This document shows positions 13,501 through 24,614 of a stretch of DNA of 64,000 bases, in pieces. The translations under genes and the position numbers were made by a program. The stretch is from Perna viridis (Eukaryota), in assembly GCA_037379345.1 (NCBI GenBank), contig CM074514.1, positions 17,980,001 through 18,044,000 on the forward strand, read 5' to 3'. The first letter of the stretch is position 1, and each line of letters begins with the position of its first letter. A model generated the notes under the pieces. It was not told where the DNA came from. It ran no database searches and was given only the letters and a program-made list of their open reading frames with translations.

Positions 13501-16500
13501 ATATTTATTACTATATAATAAAATGGTTATTGCATGAATACTGGTGAATATTGTCCCTCGCAGAATATTCACCAGTATTCATGCAATAACCCTATAATAT
13601 TATCTTGTATAAAGAACTTTGATTCTTTGATTCTTTATGCAAGAAGATATAATCAGATATTAGTTACATTCCATAATGACATCCAAGCTTTTATGGTTTC
13701 TTATGTCATCCAGTTTATATGGAAATCAGACAAATAATTAAGGTGGTATAGAGGCATTAAAATAATGATGAAAGATGTTGTGCAAACCAGGCAAAAACCT
13801 TACACCTTCTGAAAACTGTGTTGCATTTGGTGAATAAGTTAACATTGTTCAATGTTGAGAATAACAATTACTGTCACATGAATCATCTTTGGTGACCCTC
13901 TGCCTTTGGATTTGAGACAATTCACATGAATCATCTTTTGTGACCCTTTTCGTTGGACTTGAGACAACTCACATGAATCATCTATAGTGACCCTTTTCCT
14001 TGGATTTGAGACAATTTCAATGAATCATCTTTTTTGTGACCCTTTTTCTTTGATTTGAGACAACTCACAGGAATCATTTTTGGTGAACCTTTTCCTTGGA
14101 TTTAAGAAGTCATATTGATCGTCTTTTGTGACCCTTTTCATTTGATTTTAGACAATTCACATGAATCATCTTAAGTGACCCTTTTTCTTGGATTTGAGAC
14201 AACTCGCATGAATCATCTTTTGTGACCCTTTTCCTTGGACTTGAGACAATTCACATGAATCATATTTAGTGATCCTTTTCGCTGGATTTAAGACAATTCA
14301 CATGAATCATCTTTGGTGAACCTTTTCCTTGGATTTAAGACAACTCATATTGATCGTCTTTGGTGACCCTTATGTAGGGTTTGGGACAGGTTAGGTGACC
14401 CTCAACCTTGGATTTGAGACAGGTTGTTAATTAATTTGATCAAAGTTGTTCAGGGTCACCTTTTATATTCTTGTGATGTAGGAAACTAGATATTTCATAG
14501 TTTAAAAATGGTTGTTTCATTTAAAATAGTTACCATTGCTAATAAATACAATATAAACATTTTGTATTTCAATATACGGTTAATCTAAATACTACCTTTT
14601 GTTTCAAGTATTCATCAATAGTGGTATTGATATATACAACTTACATTTTTACTTTATTATTGTTTTTATTTTACAGAATAACAAGTTTAGAAGAAGCTCT
14701 ATCTAACTCTCAGCAAAAATTGCAAACTAGTAAAAGTGACGTACAGCAAGAGAAATCAAAATTAGAACAGAGCACAGACTTAATCAAGAGGCTACAGAAA
14801 AAATTGCTATTTGTTACCAAGGTTGAGTATTTTGTTTTAGCTTTCTACAAACTTTTGTCCTTTGTGTTTTTCTCAATTTTTTTGAAATCCAGAAAATTGT
14901 ATGGTTGGGTTGAGTAAGTATTAAAGGAACAACCCAATGTTTTATGTAACCAGGTGTAAACTTTGAATTTTTTTATGGTAAGAAATCAAGGTGCAGTCAA
15001 ATCTTGGTAGCTTGAACTCAAAGGAACCATACAAATGTGTTCAACATTTGGGAGATCAGAAATTTCCAGAATTTTGTTACTCCTTGTCCAAATTTGACCT
15101 GATTGTAAAGATTTGTTTACTGTTTTTGTTTTTGAATATTTTTTTGCTTTTACAATGTTTTTAGTTATTAGAATTGCCATGTTTGATTTAAAAGATAAAA
15201 AAGTTTGAGTAGGAAGATCAATATCTGTTTTCATTAAATAATGTGATGAGTTTGAGTTACAAAGGGTTATTTTCTAAGGTTTATAAGCACTGGAACCAAA
15301 ACTTTTATTTGAGAAATCCTGGGTCATTTACATTGTTGGTATAGGAGAAAAGTTTGCTACTTTAAAATGTGTTTGAGAAATCCCGGGTGTTTGAGCCATC
15401 TAACTCCGAGCTAGTGAAGTTTGACTACTTGCAGATATATTTTGCAGCATGCTAGGAATGAAAATGATTCATTTATTGAAAGCTAAAAAATTGGGTTAGT
15501 AAAATACCTTAGTGAATGATTAAGACTTGCACAGATAAATTAATTGATTTACAGTTAAACATTTTATTTATTTATGTCTCTGATTGAATGCTATTCACTG
15601 AGGGCCTTTCCAGGAGGTTGGAACACCAAAGCATAAAAGGGGTACACAAATAGATTTATTTACATTATAGTATTTTGACTATTCTGTTGTTAAAGAATGG
15701 AACCCACTTCTTCGATGATTAAAACGTGAGTGAGTCCGACCACCCAGGGTACTCTTATGTGGAAAATCTCTCAGTATGAAATGATGTATTCATAGAAAAG
15801 CAGAGGACGCTTACCCTACCGGTGCACCTGGTCCATGTTCCCAGTTTTTAGTGGAGTCTGAGTTGCTCATTTGCTTTTGTTGCTTTGTGTGTATGATTTT
15901 AGTTACTTTGTGTTCTTTGTTGTGTATGTCTGTTTTCCATGTCTGGTCTTTGTCCCTGGATTGCATTCTTTTGATTACCACTATAACCTTGGTTCCCTTG
16001 ATAACTCTTCTATACATGATAATAATTTTTAATTGACAGGAAAGAGATGGATTCAAAAATATACTAGACTCTTATGAATCTGAAGTGACTGTAAATGTAG
16101 GTAAACACACTGCCTCACGAATACAGCATCTAGAGGAAGTTGTGGAGAATTACAAGAAACAAGTGGACTTCCTGGAGGCTGATCTACAGAAAGCTTACAC
16201 ACAGGCAGGTGTAACCAGACCTGAAGTTATACAGGTAATTAAACCTGTTAAGTCTTACCATACCTGTTCACCTCTAGATCCTCTTTGCAGGAGATGGTGG
16301 CAATTCATTTTCCAAATTGCAGGAAATTTTGAGTGATGACATTTTCGACAAATAACTTGTATATATCACATGTGTATATACAAGTCAGTTTTTATCTGTA
16401 TGAAGTAGTGTTTTATTTTTTATGCAATACTAACCTGAAAAATACAAATATGAATCCCAGAAGCACAGCCTTGTAAGAAATTTCTCAAAATTACTATCTA

Positions 16501-19500
16501 GAAACATTTTGTACCATTCCTATGAAACAATCTGCCTCTAGGGTCTAATCTAGACGTTGATGACCAGGTGAAGTTTTAGTAAATTCTGTTTGAAAAATAA
16601 AAATAGTGACATTTTTGACCATGTAATTTATTTCAAAAACTTCTCACTCTCAAAGACAAACTGGAGAAATCAGCACATACAAGGAGAATGTTTTGCTCAT
16701 TTCTCCCTCTAAATTAGGCCCTGAAGTCATGCACCGTAACTAAATTACAGAATAGTCTCAATTCTCCCTCTAAATTAGGCCCTGAAGTCATGCACCATAA
16801 TTAATTTAAAGAATAGTCTCAATTCTCCCTCTGAATTAGGCCCTGAAGTCATGCACTGTAACTCAATTACAGAATAGTCTCATTTCTCCCTCTAAATTAG
16901 GCCCTGAAGTCATGCAAAGGCACACAAAATTGCAGAATAGAGTCTCAGCTCTAATTTTAGTACTCTATGGAAATTATGCTTTGAAAAGTATAAGACCGTG
17001 CAGCCATTTTGTGACCACTATTTTCAGCATGCCTTTTTACATCATTTACTCCTCCATGTACAATACTGAAAATGAATTACACATAGTTGGTAGTATACTA
17101 TGTCACTCCCCAAATGACAGTGTATGGACAAAATTTGAGCTATGTGATGATGTGTGCAATTAAGTCCATTTTGGTAAATACCTGCAAGAATATTCCTTCT
17201 TTTTTGTGGGAGTGCTGGAAATAACAGATCCCAAATGGAATTATTTATTTTCTGTTAGAGTAAGCATCCTTTTGGTTAAAAAAGGATGGAATAATTTAAT
17301 TAAATCACCTACCTTGACCTTGATGTAACTATCCATATGATATCATAAACAATGTAGGGTTTCCTTGTTGATCATGAAAAGTTTAGAGGCCATCCCAACA
17401 TTAATCAGCTGTTCAAAGCATTAAATTAACTACACGTAAGAGCATTAAAGGCCAATGCTATTTGTGTACAAAACAGCAAAAATGGCACCCGTAAAAAAAT
17501 GAAAAATACAAAATCGGGAATGTGTAGGAGGAAATTTCAAATGGGAAGATTTGTGTCTCCTGCACAGGAGAAATATTTTTTTTGGGAGATTGGTCTATTT
17601 TGCGGGAGTCTCCCACGGAGTACAGGAGGGTTAACACCTATAGTCTTACTAGATTGCTAGCAAGGAGATACTGAGGTGTCATAAAGGTTTAGGGGACAAC
17701 CAACAGATTTTGAAATGTATTCAGTAACTACAGAAACAATATTATGTGAAAGTGTTATAGTGCTTGGGGTATTAATTAATGTGATTAATCTAATCAGTCT
17801 CAGAAATATAATCCCCAACCAAATGTCAAGTAAAAATAATATACCAAACCACCAAAATTTTGTCACACAAATAGGAATTCATTCACAATATTTATGAAAC
17901 CTTATAACGCTGCTCAACAAAGTTCCTCATTAAATGATAAAATAGTGGTAGATAGACAAACCAACAATCAGTTATTGACCTGCTGACTTGTAATGGAGGT
18001 TTATGAATATTTTCTTACATTTTTTTTTCAGCCCACTCCCGCAGTGGTTCCTGTTCAATCAGAAGTAGATAAAAATACAATACTACAGTTAAGGTAAGTA
18101 ATATAAGTAAGACAGAAACAGACAACTTTATCAAGAAGTGTGAAATGTGAATATAATCATGACTTCCTAATGAATAAATAAAATGAACAATGTTTTCCAA
18201 TCAGAAATTAGTGACTTGTAAATAGAGTACAAGCTACCGAAACACACTGGTAGTAAATTTCAAAGTTAAAACAATACATTTTGACAAATGTTCAAACTTG
18301 ACAGTGTTCAAAATGTTACACAGATGTTCATTGATTATGAAGTAGAACTCATTGGTATAAAGTATGGCATATTTCTACCTAGAGGCCTACATAAATTAAA
18401 ATTACTCAGTAGATTTGTATTGGAATTGGAAGTCCTTTTCAACCTGCTGATATTTATCTACTTAAGTAAAAGGGTGAATGTGGCACTATTGACATTTTCA
18501 ATTTAAAGGGTAAAGAATACAAGCAGTTCAACATGCACTTTAAATACTGTACTCAGTGACAAAAATGGTACTTTAGTTTTTAATAGAAAAGTGATGTGGT
18601 ATTCTTTGTGTCAATGTTCTATCTTTATGAGTAAAAACAGAAAAGCATAAAGCTTGTACATTAACTTTACAGTTGCTATTGTACATTAACTTTACAGTTG
18701 CTATTGTACATTACATTTACAGTAGCTATAAATCTTTTAACAGAGAAAGAATATCAGCATTAGAAAAAGAATTAGAAAAAAGTGAAGAACAAAGATTTGT
18801 ACTTGAAACCAGGATAGAACAGAGACATTTACAAGTATTTGTAGACTGATTTCATAACTCAACATTCAAAGATAGTACTCTATTATATATGCTTATAAAA
18901 CAATCAACTTAAACCCTTACTTGAAAAGACGGAGATATAAAGTGAAATTTCTGTCTGTCCATTCTCACGTCCCCAGTTCAAATCCACAACTTTGAAATTT
19001 AATAAAACTTTCCTACATTCTTTTTCACATGAAGTCAATGTGGACCTCCTATTTTGTTCTTACATCAGAATGACTTTTTGAGGTTTCCTGAAGCAAAACA
19101 CGGACTTGATCATTTTGACCAGAGGTAAGGAGTCATCTTCTATTCCCTATTCCCCTACTCTTTCTAAACTACTGAATGGATTCACTCATTTTTTATCACA
19201 CGATGCTATTGTGCATTTCTTATTTAGTTTTGTCATCTAACTGACTTTTGGGATCATGGACTTTATGAGACATCTCAATACTTGTTTACACATCACTGAT
19301 TATTTGGACCGGCAGCTTTGAAGTTTTTGTCGGACCGAAAACAAATCTGCTGGTCAAATGTGTCCATATTTTCAACCCGGATCACCTGCCATACTTGAAG
19401 AATGACATATTTACTAATCTTAAGAATTTTACAGCAGTTACAACGATAGAAGCTGATGATTGGTTAAAGAAAATATCTGTGGCGTATCATGATTGTTATT

Positions 19501-22500
19501 ACGAGCAGTAATTAATAAACAACATTACCAAGTATTTCGAAATACAATAAAAAAAATTGTTACCAGTAATTAACTAATTATAATTTGAGTCATGTGTGAA
19601 TGTGTTACGACATACCATAAATGGGTATAAAATTAATTAATTAATTTCATCAAACTAACTTCCTGCTAATTTCACACATGGGTGCCCATGCTTGACATGT
19701 TTATGATTTCGTACACCTGATGATCTAAGGCTTCAGAGCAATTGACATGCAATTCAATAAAAATAATTGAACTCACGGACAAAGTACACTTTAACAAAAA
19801 TAAAAATATTAATTTAAATTAGAAATACTATACAAAGTATCATCGCTGGAATAACATGCTGTTTAAAAAAACAAACCCCTCAACTATAGGATCTCTGCTG
19901 ACACCTACGATATAAATGCACATGATGTCTGACCCTCAACTTATCTGGCAAAATTGACTTATCTATGTTTTCGTCGATTTTGGTCAAAATCAGACAATTT
20001 GATTTCTACTCCACATCGACTTATAGTCCAGAAAACATGGTATATTTGTTGGGAAGGAGCAGTAGCTACCTGAGTAGTGATTCTTGTCACATCTGTTGTA
20101 CTGAATACATAATTTCTGACTCAAATGAACTTCTAAAACCATGAAACTTAACTTGTTGTTTTAGAGCAGAATGAAACAGCACATTGTTGGACGTTATGAA
20201 TAAATAATTAACCTTATATTTGGTCCAACACGAACATGGAATTTTATTGGACCTTCCCAAATAGTGCCGGTCAGGACTGTGGGATTGGCAGTTTTCAAGA
20301 TGTCTGCTTTATTATTGACTGGCCACCCCTCTAAAATGGCTGCATAGAATTTGATAAAACTTTCCCACATTATCACATGATACCATTGTGTTCCAATTTT
20401 GTTTTTCCAACTGAAAGACTTTAGGGTTTCCTACATTATACATTTTCTAAGAAAGGATTCCCTTGTGAGCATTGCTCAGTTTTCTAGTTTAAATTTGGCT
20501 GATAGATAGATATATTAAAAGTTTTTAGCAAATCAATATTGTAAATGAATCTACATAAGTTGTCTTGAAATAGCAGATTTAATTAAAATAATGTAGAAGT
20601 GGAATAGGTGAGGCTTTTTATATTACCTTTCTATTATATGTATATCATTCTTTGCAGGGAGATTATGATCCAACTAAGACTAAAGTTCTACATTTTGAAA
20701 TGAACCCTGTTGCAATAGCAGCAAAACAGAGAGCAGCAGAGTTACAAAGACTTCGAGAGGAGAATGAAGAATTAAAACAGAGAGTTAAAGTTTTGGAAGA
20801 ATCTGGTGGAAAAGCTGAAGATGTAACAGAACAAGTACATAAACGATTACAAGAACCTTCAACTAGTAAAGAAGTGGATGGTAGTATTCAGTTTTCATAA
20901 TTCTGTATTCTAGCTGTTTTGAAAAAAATCTGAACTATGATTTAAACATATACTTTTCAAAAAATGAACAAGTTCAAGATTTGAAGTAGAATTAGACAAC
21001 TTTTCACAGAATATTAATTCGTAAATAAAATTATATTTAAAAAACTTAACCAGTAGTGATTATACTGTCTTGTATTTGCATATTAAAATAGATCAAAATG
21101 TTCAGCCTTCAATTTTACTTTCTACAGAAATAAAAGCACAGCTGACAAAAGAAGAACTAAAGAACAAAAGGCTGATGGAGGCATTTTCCAAGAAGAGTCA
21201 GGAATTCCGTGAAGTGTGTTATCAGCTGACTGGGTATAAGATAGACTTTCATTATACAAATCAATATAAAGTAACCAGTATGTATGCAGAAACAAGGGAT
21301 GACTTCTTTATATTCCAGGTAATGCCCCATGTATTGTTTGGATGTGTGGGTTATAAAACATTCCCGTCAGGTAAAATGGAAGTTGGCAGCTATAATGCCA
21401 AGCTTTAAAAAATATAGCTCTTTTACTAAATTTTAGGTCCAGACTTTAGGTCCAAAAATTTTGTATGATATGATCTATTAGGTCCAAATACACAAGTCAT
21501 GTGTGGCATAATTGGCACAAAAACAAGATATGCCATTAATAAGATTCAAATGTCCAGCTTTAAAGTCAAGGTCGAAAACTGAACTTCATAACAAAGGTCA
21601 GTCATTGCACATTCAAGATCAACACAACATTAAAGCTTCAAATTGACATTACCTTCACATAATAAACCTCAAACAGCTAACTTTACATTAATATGATATA
21701 AGAGTAATCAAGGGAACCAAGGCTATAGCGGTAATCAAAAGAATGTAATCCAGGGACAAAGACCAGACATGGAAAACAGACATACACAACAAAGAACATA
21801 AAGTAACTAAAATCATACATACAAAGTAGCAAAAGTAAATGAGCAACTCGGACTCTACTAAAAACTGGGAGCATGGACCAGGTGCACCGGTAGGGTAAGC
21901 GTCCTCTGCTTTTCTAGAAACAACCGCCGAGTTGCTCATAAAAAGTCAAGTCCGGGGTAGACAAACGAGGAAAGGAAAACTATGACCCGTTGAATAAATC
22001 AGTTTTCATGGTGCTGATGGATACATCATAACGATCCACGAGTTCATGATGACGACCATAAAACTTCTGTAGTGATGACTTCAATCTTGTAGCAGCATAA
22101 CCCTGTTCCATAAGCCTATTTGTTAGTTATAAATTATTGTATACATGTAGCAGACATTACAAAAATAATATTCAACATCCAGAAAACAAAATGCCAAATT
22201 TTCTTTGTAAACAAAAAAAAAGATTTCACTTATATGCATCAAATGTTAAAATAAGAACCTATGATTACGGCAAGATTTTTACAAAAGCTAAATTCGTTTC
22301 AGTAATCAAATTGTTACAAGCTTTCATAAGTCTTGTATGTACAAAAACAAGAACAGACTCTCTTGATCCCAGCAAACAAGTACTGGTAGATATCATTACA
22401 TGTTATGAATAAACTAGCTGTACATGACTTTGACAAGATGTTGAATGCCTAACTCATCTATTTGTATAATCTTTCTTTTTGTGTCTTTGAGACTATATTT

Positions 22501-22766
22501 CTAGGTGAAATTTGGTCTTTTTTGTCTTTGTTTTTTTTTTTAACTTTGATTCTTTTGTTTTTCCCTGTAACCCACTTCAGTATATTAAACTGTTATTTCT
22601 ATTTCAGCAAGGTGAGAAGAATGATATGCAGCTACTAGCAACAGATTTCACAGAGAATCTGGAGGATATTATAGACTTGTATCTATCTAAACACAAATCA
22701 ATCCCAGCATTCCTCAGTAGTGTCACATTAGACTTGTTTAAACGACAGACCATACAAATATCATGA
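4347..22766 (+). CDS. MAD1L1: Mitotic spindle assembly checkpoint protein MAD1 (16 coding exons, 720 aa)
   Basis: Exons 4347-4512, 5168-5325, 7601-7783, 8262-8386, 9334-9415, 9708-9838, 10898-11012, 11372-11421, 11706-11792, 14677-14821, 16040-16234, 18032-18093, 18744-18834, 20658-20880, 21128-21318, 22608-22766. All introns are GT-AG and phases are consistent (2163 nt). Long coiled coil with KRARIE, RLQKKLLFVTKERDG, LQGDYDPTKTKVLHFEMNP (Mad2-interaction motif), EFREVCYQLTGYKID and C-terminal SIPAFLSSVTLDLFKRQT. Confidence 0.95.
5168..5325 (+). CDS. MAD1L1: MAD1 exon 2 (...SNKRARIEYEKD...)
   Basis: tttacag/gtaag, phase 1 to 0. Confidence 0.88.
5650..7358. mobile_element. Older MITE with internal ~42-bp TATGC-rich repeats that hosts the hAT insertion
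   Basis: Degenerate inverted ends at about 5650-5705 and 7300-7358; the repeat unit continues across the insertion. Confidence 0.45.
5861..7122 (-). mobile_element. Internally deleted hAT-like transposon carrying a TTF-type zinc-finger ORF (6224-6754)
   Basis: Termini CAGGGTTTTTCC / GGAAAATCCCTG with TTAATT on both flanks. ORF KFKEEWSKIFP...MFCSDCK...HIKSADHKKA resembles the ZNF862/hAT-associated TTF zinc finger. Confidence 0.8.
7601..7783 (+). CDS. MAD1L1: MAD1 exon 3 (RESDKIKELK...DEVTK)
   Basis: tttcag/gtattt; lies within ORF 7559-7795. Confidence 0.85.
8262..8386 (+). CDS. MAD1L1: MAD1 exon 4
   Basis: ctgtag/gtaaag, coiled-coil peptide LKQNISEMNSEFRNEL. Confidence 0.8.
8403..8572. repeat. 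Minisatellite, ~41-bp unit x4
   Basis: tttaccagtagtatttcattgaaatcatgattct units. Confidence 0.9.
9334..9415 (+). CDS. MAD1L1: MAD1 exon 5
   Basis: ttcaag/gtaagt, RVQELMSEVNELQEY. Confidence 0.8.
9708..9838 (+). CDS. MAD1L1: MAD1 exon 6
   Basis: tttacag/gtaaac, EDAVVTKAMKSQLTKFPEIEKEVKKLRDENAYLR. Confidence 0.9.
10616..10870. repeat. Minisatellite, 35-bp unit x7
   Basis: catgtaatggattgttgaatatttacagactgcta. Confidence 0.95.
10898..11012 (+). CDS. MAD1L1: MAD1 exon 7
   Basis: ttctag/gtaggc, NNLLLKEKTESLEKKLERAE. Confidence 0.88.
11372..11421 (+). CDS. MAD1L1: MAD1 exon 8
   Basis: ctatag/gtaagg, ILKTKLQKWEQL. Confidence 0.82.
11706..11792 (+). CDS. MAD1L1: MAD1 exon 9
   Basis: ttatag/gtaatt, SPAQVTKRLSYLQ. 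Confidence 0.82.
13525..13591. repeat. Perfect 28-bp inverted repeat with an 11-nt loop
   Basis: ggttattgcatgaatactggtgaatatt-gtccctcgcag-aatattcaccagtattcatgcaataacc. Confidence 0.9.
13874..14422. repeat. Minisatellite, ~48-bp unit x~11
   Basis: tcacatgaatcatctttggtgacccttttccttggatttgagacaa units. Confidence 0.92.
14677..14821 (+). CDS. MAD1L1: MAD1 exon 10
   Basis: ttacag/gttgag, ...IKRLQKKLLFVTK. Confidence 0.9.
15793..16009 (+). mobile_element. Penelope-like retroelement 3' end, copy B
   Basis: gcagaggacgcttaccctaccggtgcacctggtcc... shared tail. Confidence 0.82.
16040..16234 (+). CDS. MAD1L1: MAD1 exon 11
   Basis: tgacag/gtaatt, ERDGFKNILDSYESEVT. Confidence 0.9.
16697..16916. repeat. 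Minisatellite, ~61-bp unit x3.5
   Basis: ttctccctctaaattaggccctgaagtcatgca units. Confidence 0.9.
18032..18093 (+). CDS. MAD1L1: MAD1 exon 12
   Basis: Poly-T ttcag/gtaagt, PTPAVVPVQSEVDKNTILQLR; needed to keep phase. Confidence 0.75.
18655..18729. repeat. 25-bp tandem repeat x3
   Basis: tgtacattaactttacagttgctat. Confidence 0.85.
18744..18834 (+). CDS. MAD1L1: MAD1 exon 13
   Basis: taacag/gtattt, ERISALEKEL...IEQRHLQ. Confidence 0.87.
20658..20880 (+). CDS. MAD1L1: MAD1 exon 14 (Mad2-interaction motif)
   Basis: ttgcag/gtagta, GDYDPTKTKVLHFEMNP. Confidence 0.93.
21128..21318 (+). CDS. MAD1L1: MAD1 exon 15
   Basis: ctacag/gtaatg, KNKRLMEAF...CYQLTGYKID. Confidence 0.93.
21700..22127 (-). 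mobile_element. Penelope-like retroelement 3' portion, copy C (RT C-terminus and 3' UTR)
   Basis: Encodes ...LKSSLQKFYGRHHELVDRYDVSISTMKTDLFNGS*, then the shared tail. Confidence 0.85.
22608..22766 (+). CDS. MAD1L1: MAD1 last coding exon
   Basis: tttcag, MQLLATDF...SIPAFLSSVTLDLFKRQTIQIS then TGA. Confidence 0.93.
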   Translation, partial: QGEKNDMQLLATDFTENLEDIIDLYLSKHKSIPAFLSSVTLDLFKRQTIQIS

Positions 22767-23115
22767 CCCTTTTCTGACATTTGATACTAGTGCATGAAAA
22801 AATTGTATCTGATACTCTAATGCAAGAAATCTACGACATGGTTTTCCAATATAAATTGACCATCTTGTTATTTGCATCTGCGATGAGTTAGTTCTGCTAA
22901 ATGTTTGTAAAAGTGGAAGCATGAAACAGCCTTGGGAATATTTTCAAATTGAATGTGGTTGTCAGGTAAAGATGTTCTTCTCCAGTAGTCAAATACACTG
23001 CTGTGTAACTATTTGAATAATTGTCTGACATCTGATATTGCCATATCATTGATATTAAAAGATTAAGTACATAGTGTTACCAATTATTTGCATTCTATAT
23101 TAAAAAAAATGTGTG

Positions 23116-23121
23116 AATAAA
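23116..23121 (+). terminator. Candidate MAD1 polyadenylation signal AATAAA
   Basis: AATAAA about 350 nt after the stop codon, followed by T/GT-rich sequence. Confidence 0.45.
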
Positions 23122-24402
23122 ATACAATGTATGTAAATGATTCTTTTGTGAGGATTGAATCAGATATTAATTTATTGCTTCTTTCTGCATACCTTAATAT
23201 TGCAACATCTGGTAAAACAGCCTAAGGACATGATTTTTTCTATCTTATTTTTCATGGTGATTAGTCTACTATAACCGTTTACATCTACTTTCCATGTTGT
23301 TGTTTCAATTTACATCATGATTAAAAAAAACATGAACATCAAACCTGTTCCACTTACATAGAAGAATAAGAAGTTGTGGATTCAGACCTTTTCTTTAAGA
23401 ATTGATTATTCTATCTATGTTTATATGTATTGGTAAATAAGTCCATTGCTAATATGTAATTGCTTCTACTTTTGTCCTTTATGTAATTAAGTTGTGGAGG
23501 GTATCTGTATATTGTCCATCCAATGTATAATGTGGACAAATGTTAGCTTTATTGACAAGGTGGACCTCTAATTATTGGTTTGAAGATCAAAGGTCATATT
23601 TGAAGTGAAATATAGCTCTGTGAGACAAGTAAAAATAAAATTACTCCATTCAAGTTGATATGTATAAAGGTATAGGATATTGTCCTTCCACAACAGTTAA
23701 ATATATTTTGGATTAGATACATCATTCACATTATTAGAATCCATTTGATTTTTAAAATCATTGGTCATATGGGCTGATAAAAACAAAACAAAACAATAAC
23801 TCATCTTGCAAGAAATATTTTTATTGACATAACAGAAACAACAACAGGTGGGATGACTGTAGAATAGAAGACAAGAAATACTGTTAAACCTTCATAACCC
23901 AATAGTAAACATGATTATTCAATTCCAAACCATTTCACTTTCAAAATAATTTTGAAAAAAACCTACAATTGCTTTGAGACACTGTATTTACCCTAAGTAA
24001 TAAGTGAATGCATTACACATTAAAATTCACCCTGTATTACATTGCAATTCAAATTAACAGTAATAATGAGTGACATTTCAAAAACACATTTATGTTTACA
24101 AAGTTGTATACAAGTTTTTCTCATATTCACATATCCATTCACTTATCTATGAAAAAAAAAACATCCTTTGGTTCATTTTTCTAAAACATTTTCATCAAGG
24201 TGAGTGCGTAGAAATATCTTGCTACAAAATCGAACTGGAATCATGATGATTAAAAATTCTTAAAAGAACTGTACAAACATTTCCTTTTATTTGCCTATTG
24301 TAGTTTTCAAGAATAAAAAGTATAAAAGACCTTGCCCAATGAAATGTGTTACAGAAAATTCTCAAAAATCAGTAGCAACTTCCAATATGAACAGCAATTT
24401 AA

Positions 24403-24614
24403 GGAGGTAGACCTAGGGTAAGGGACTTTACTCTAGAAATCAGTGATATGTTTATATCGTATTCAATTTCAATAAAGCCATTTCAAGCTTTCCTTTGAAT
24501 CAGCATGGAATCAGTCCATGTTACTTTGATGCTTACATAAGATTGGTGTAAAAAGGTGAATACAAATGTTCCAATGATTGTAAGAGTTGTGTCCCTTACC
24601 CTAGGTCTACCTCC
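24403..24614. mobile_element. ~212-bp MITE with TTAA TSD (Kolobok/piggyBac-type), copy 1
   Basis: TTAA-GGAGGTAGACCTAGGGTAAGGGAC...GTCCCTTACCCTAGGTCTACCTCC-TTAA. Confidence 0.9.

Noticed and set aside
13874-14422. Regularly spaced repeats resembling a CRISPR array
   Set aside because: Units are contiguous with no unique spacers, there are no cas genes, and the context is a eukaryotic intron: a minisatellite.
15811-16056. Hydrophobic/Cys-rich ORFs at 219-467, 15811-16056, 15851-16036, 21683-21939 and 55231-55500 as a small membrane-protein family
   Set aside because: All are chance frames through the same T-rich retroelement 3' UTR, in inconsistent frames and on both strands.
17657-17897. ORFs as an extra MAD1 exon
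   Set aside because: No coiled-coil character, and the gene model is already in phase and full length (720 aa) without them.
21700-22127. Hammerhead ribozyme expected in Penelope-like elements
   Set aside because: I could not find a CTGANGA...GAAA core with flanking stems in any of the five copies.
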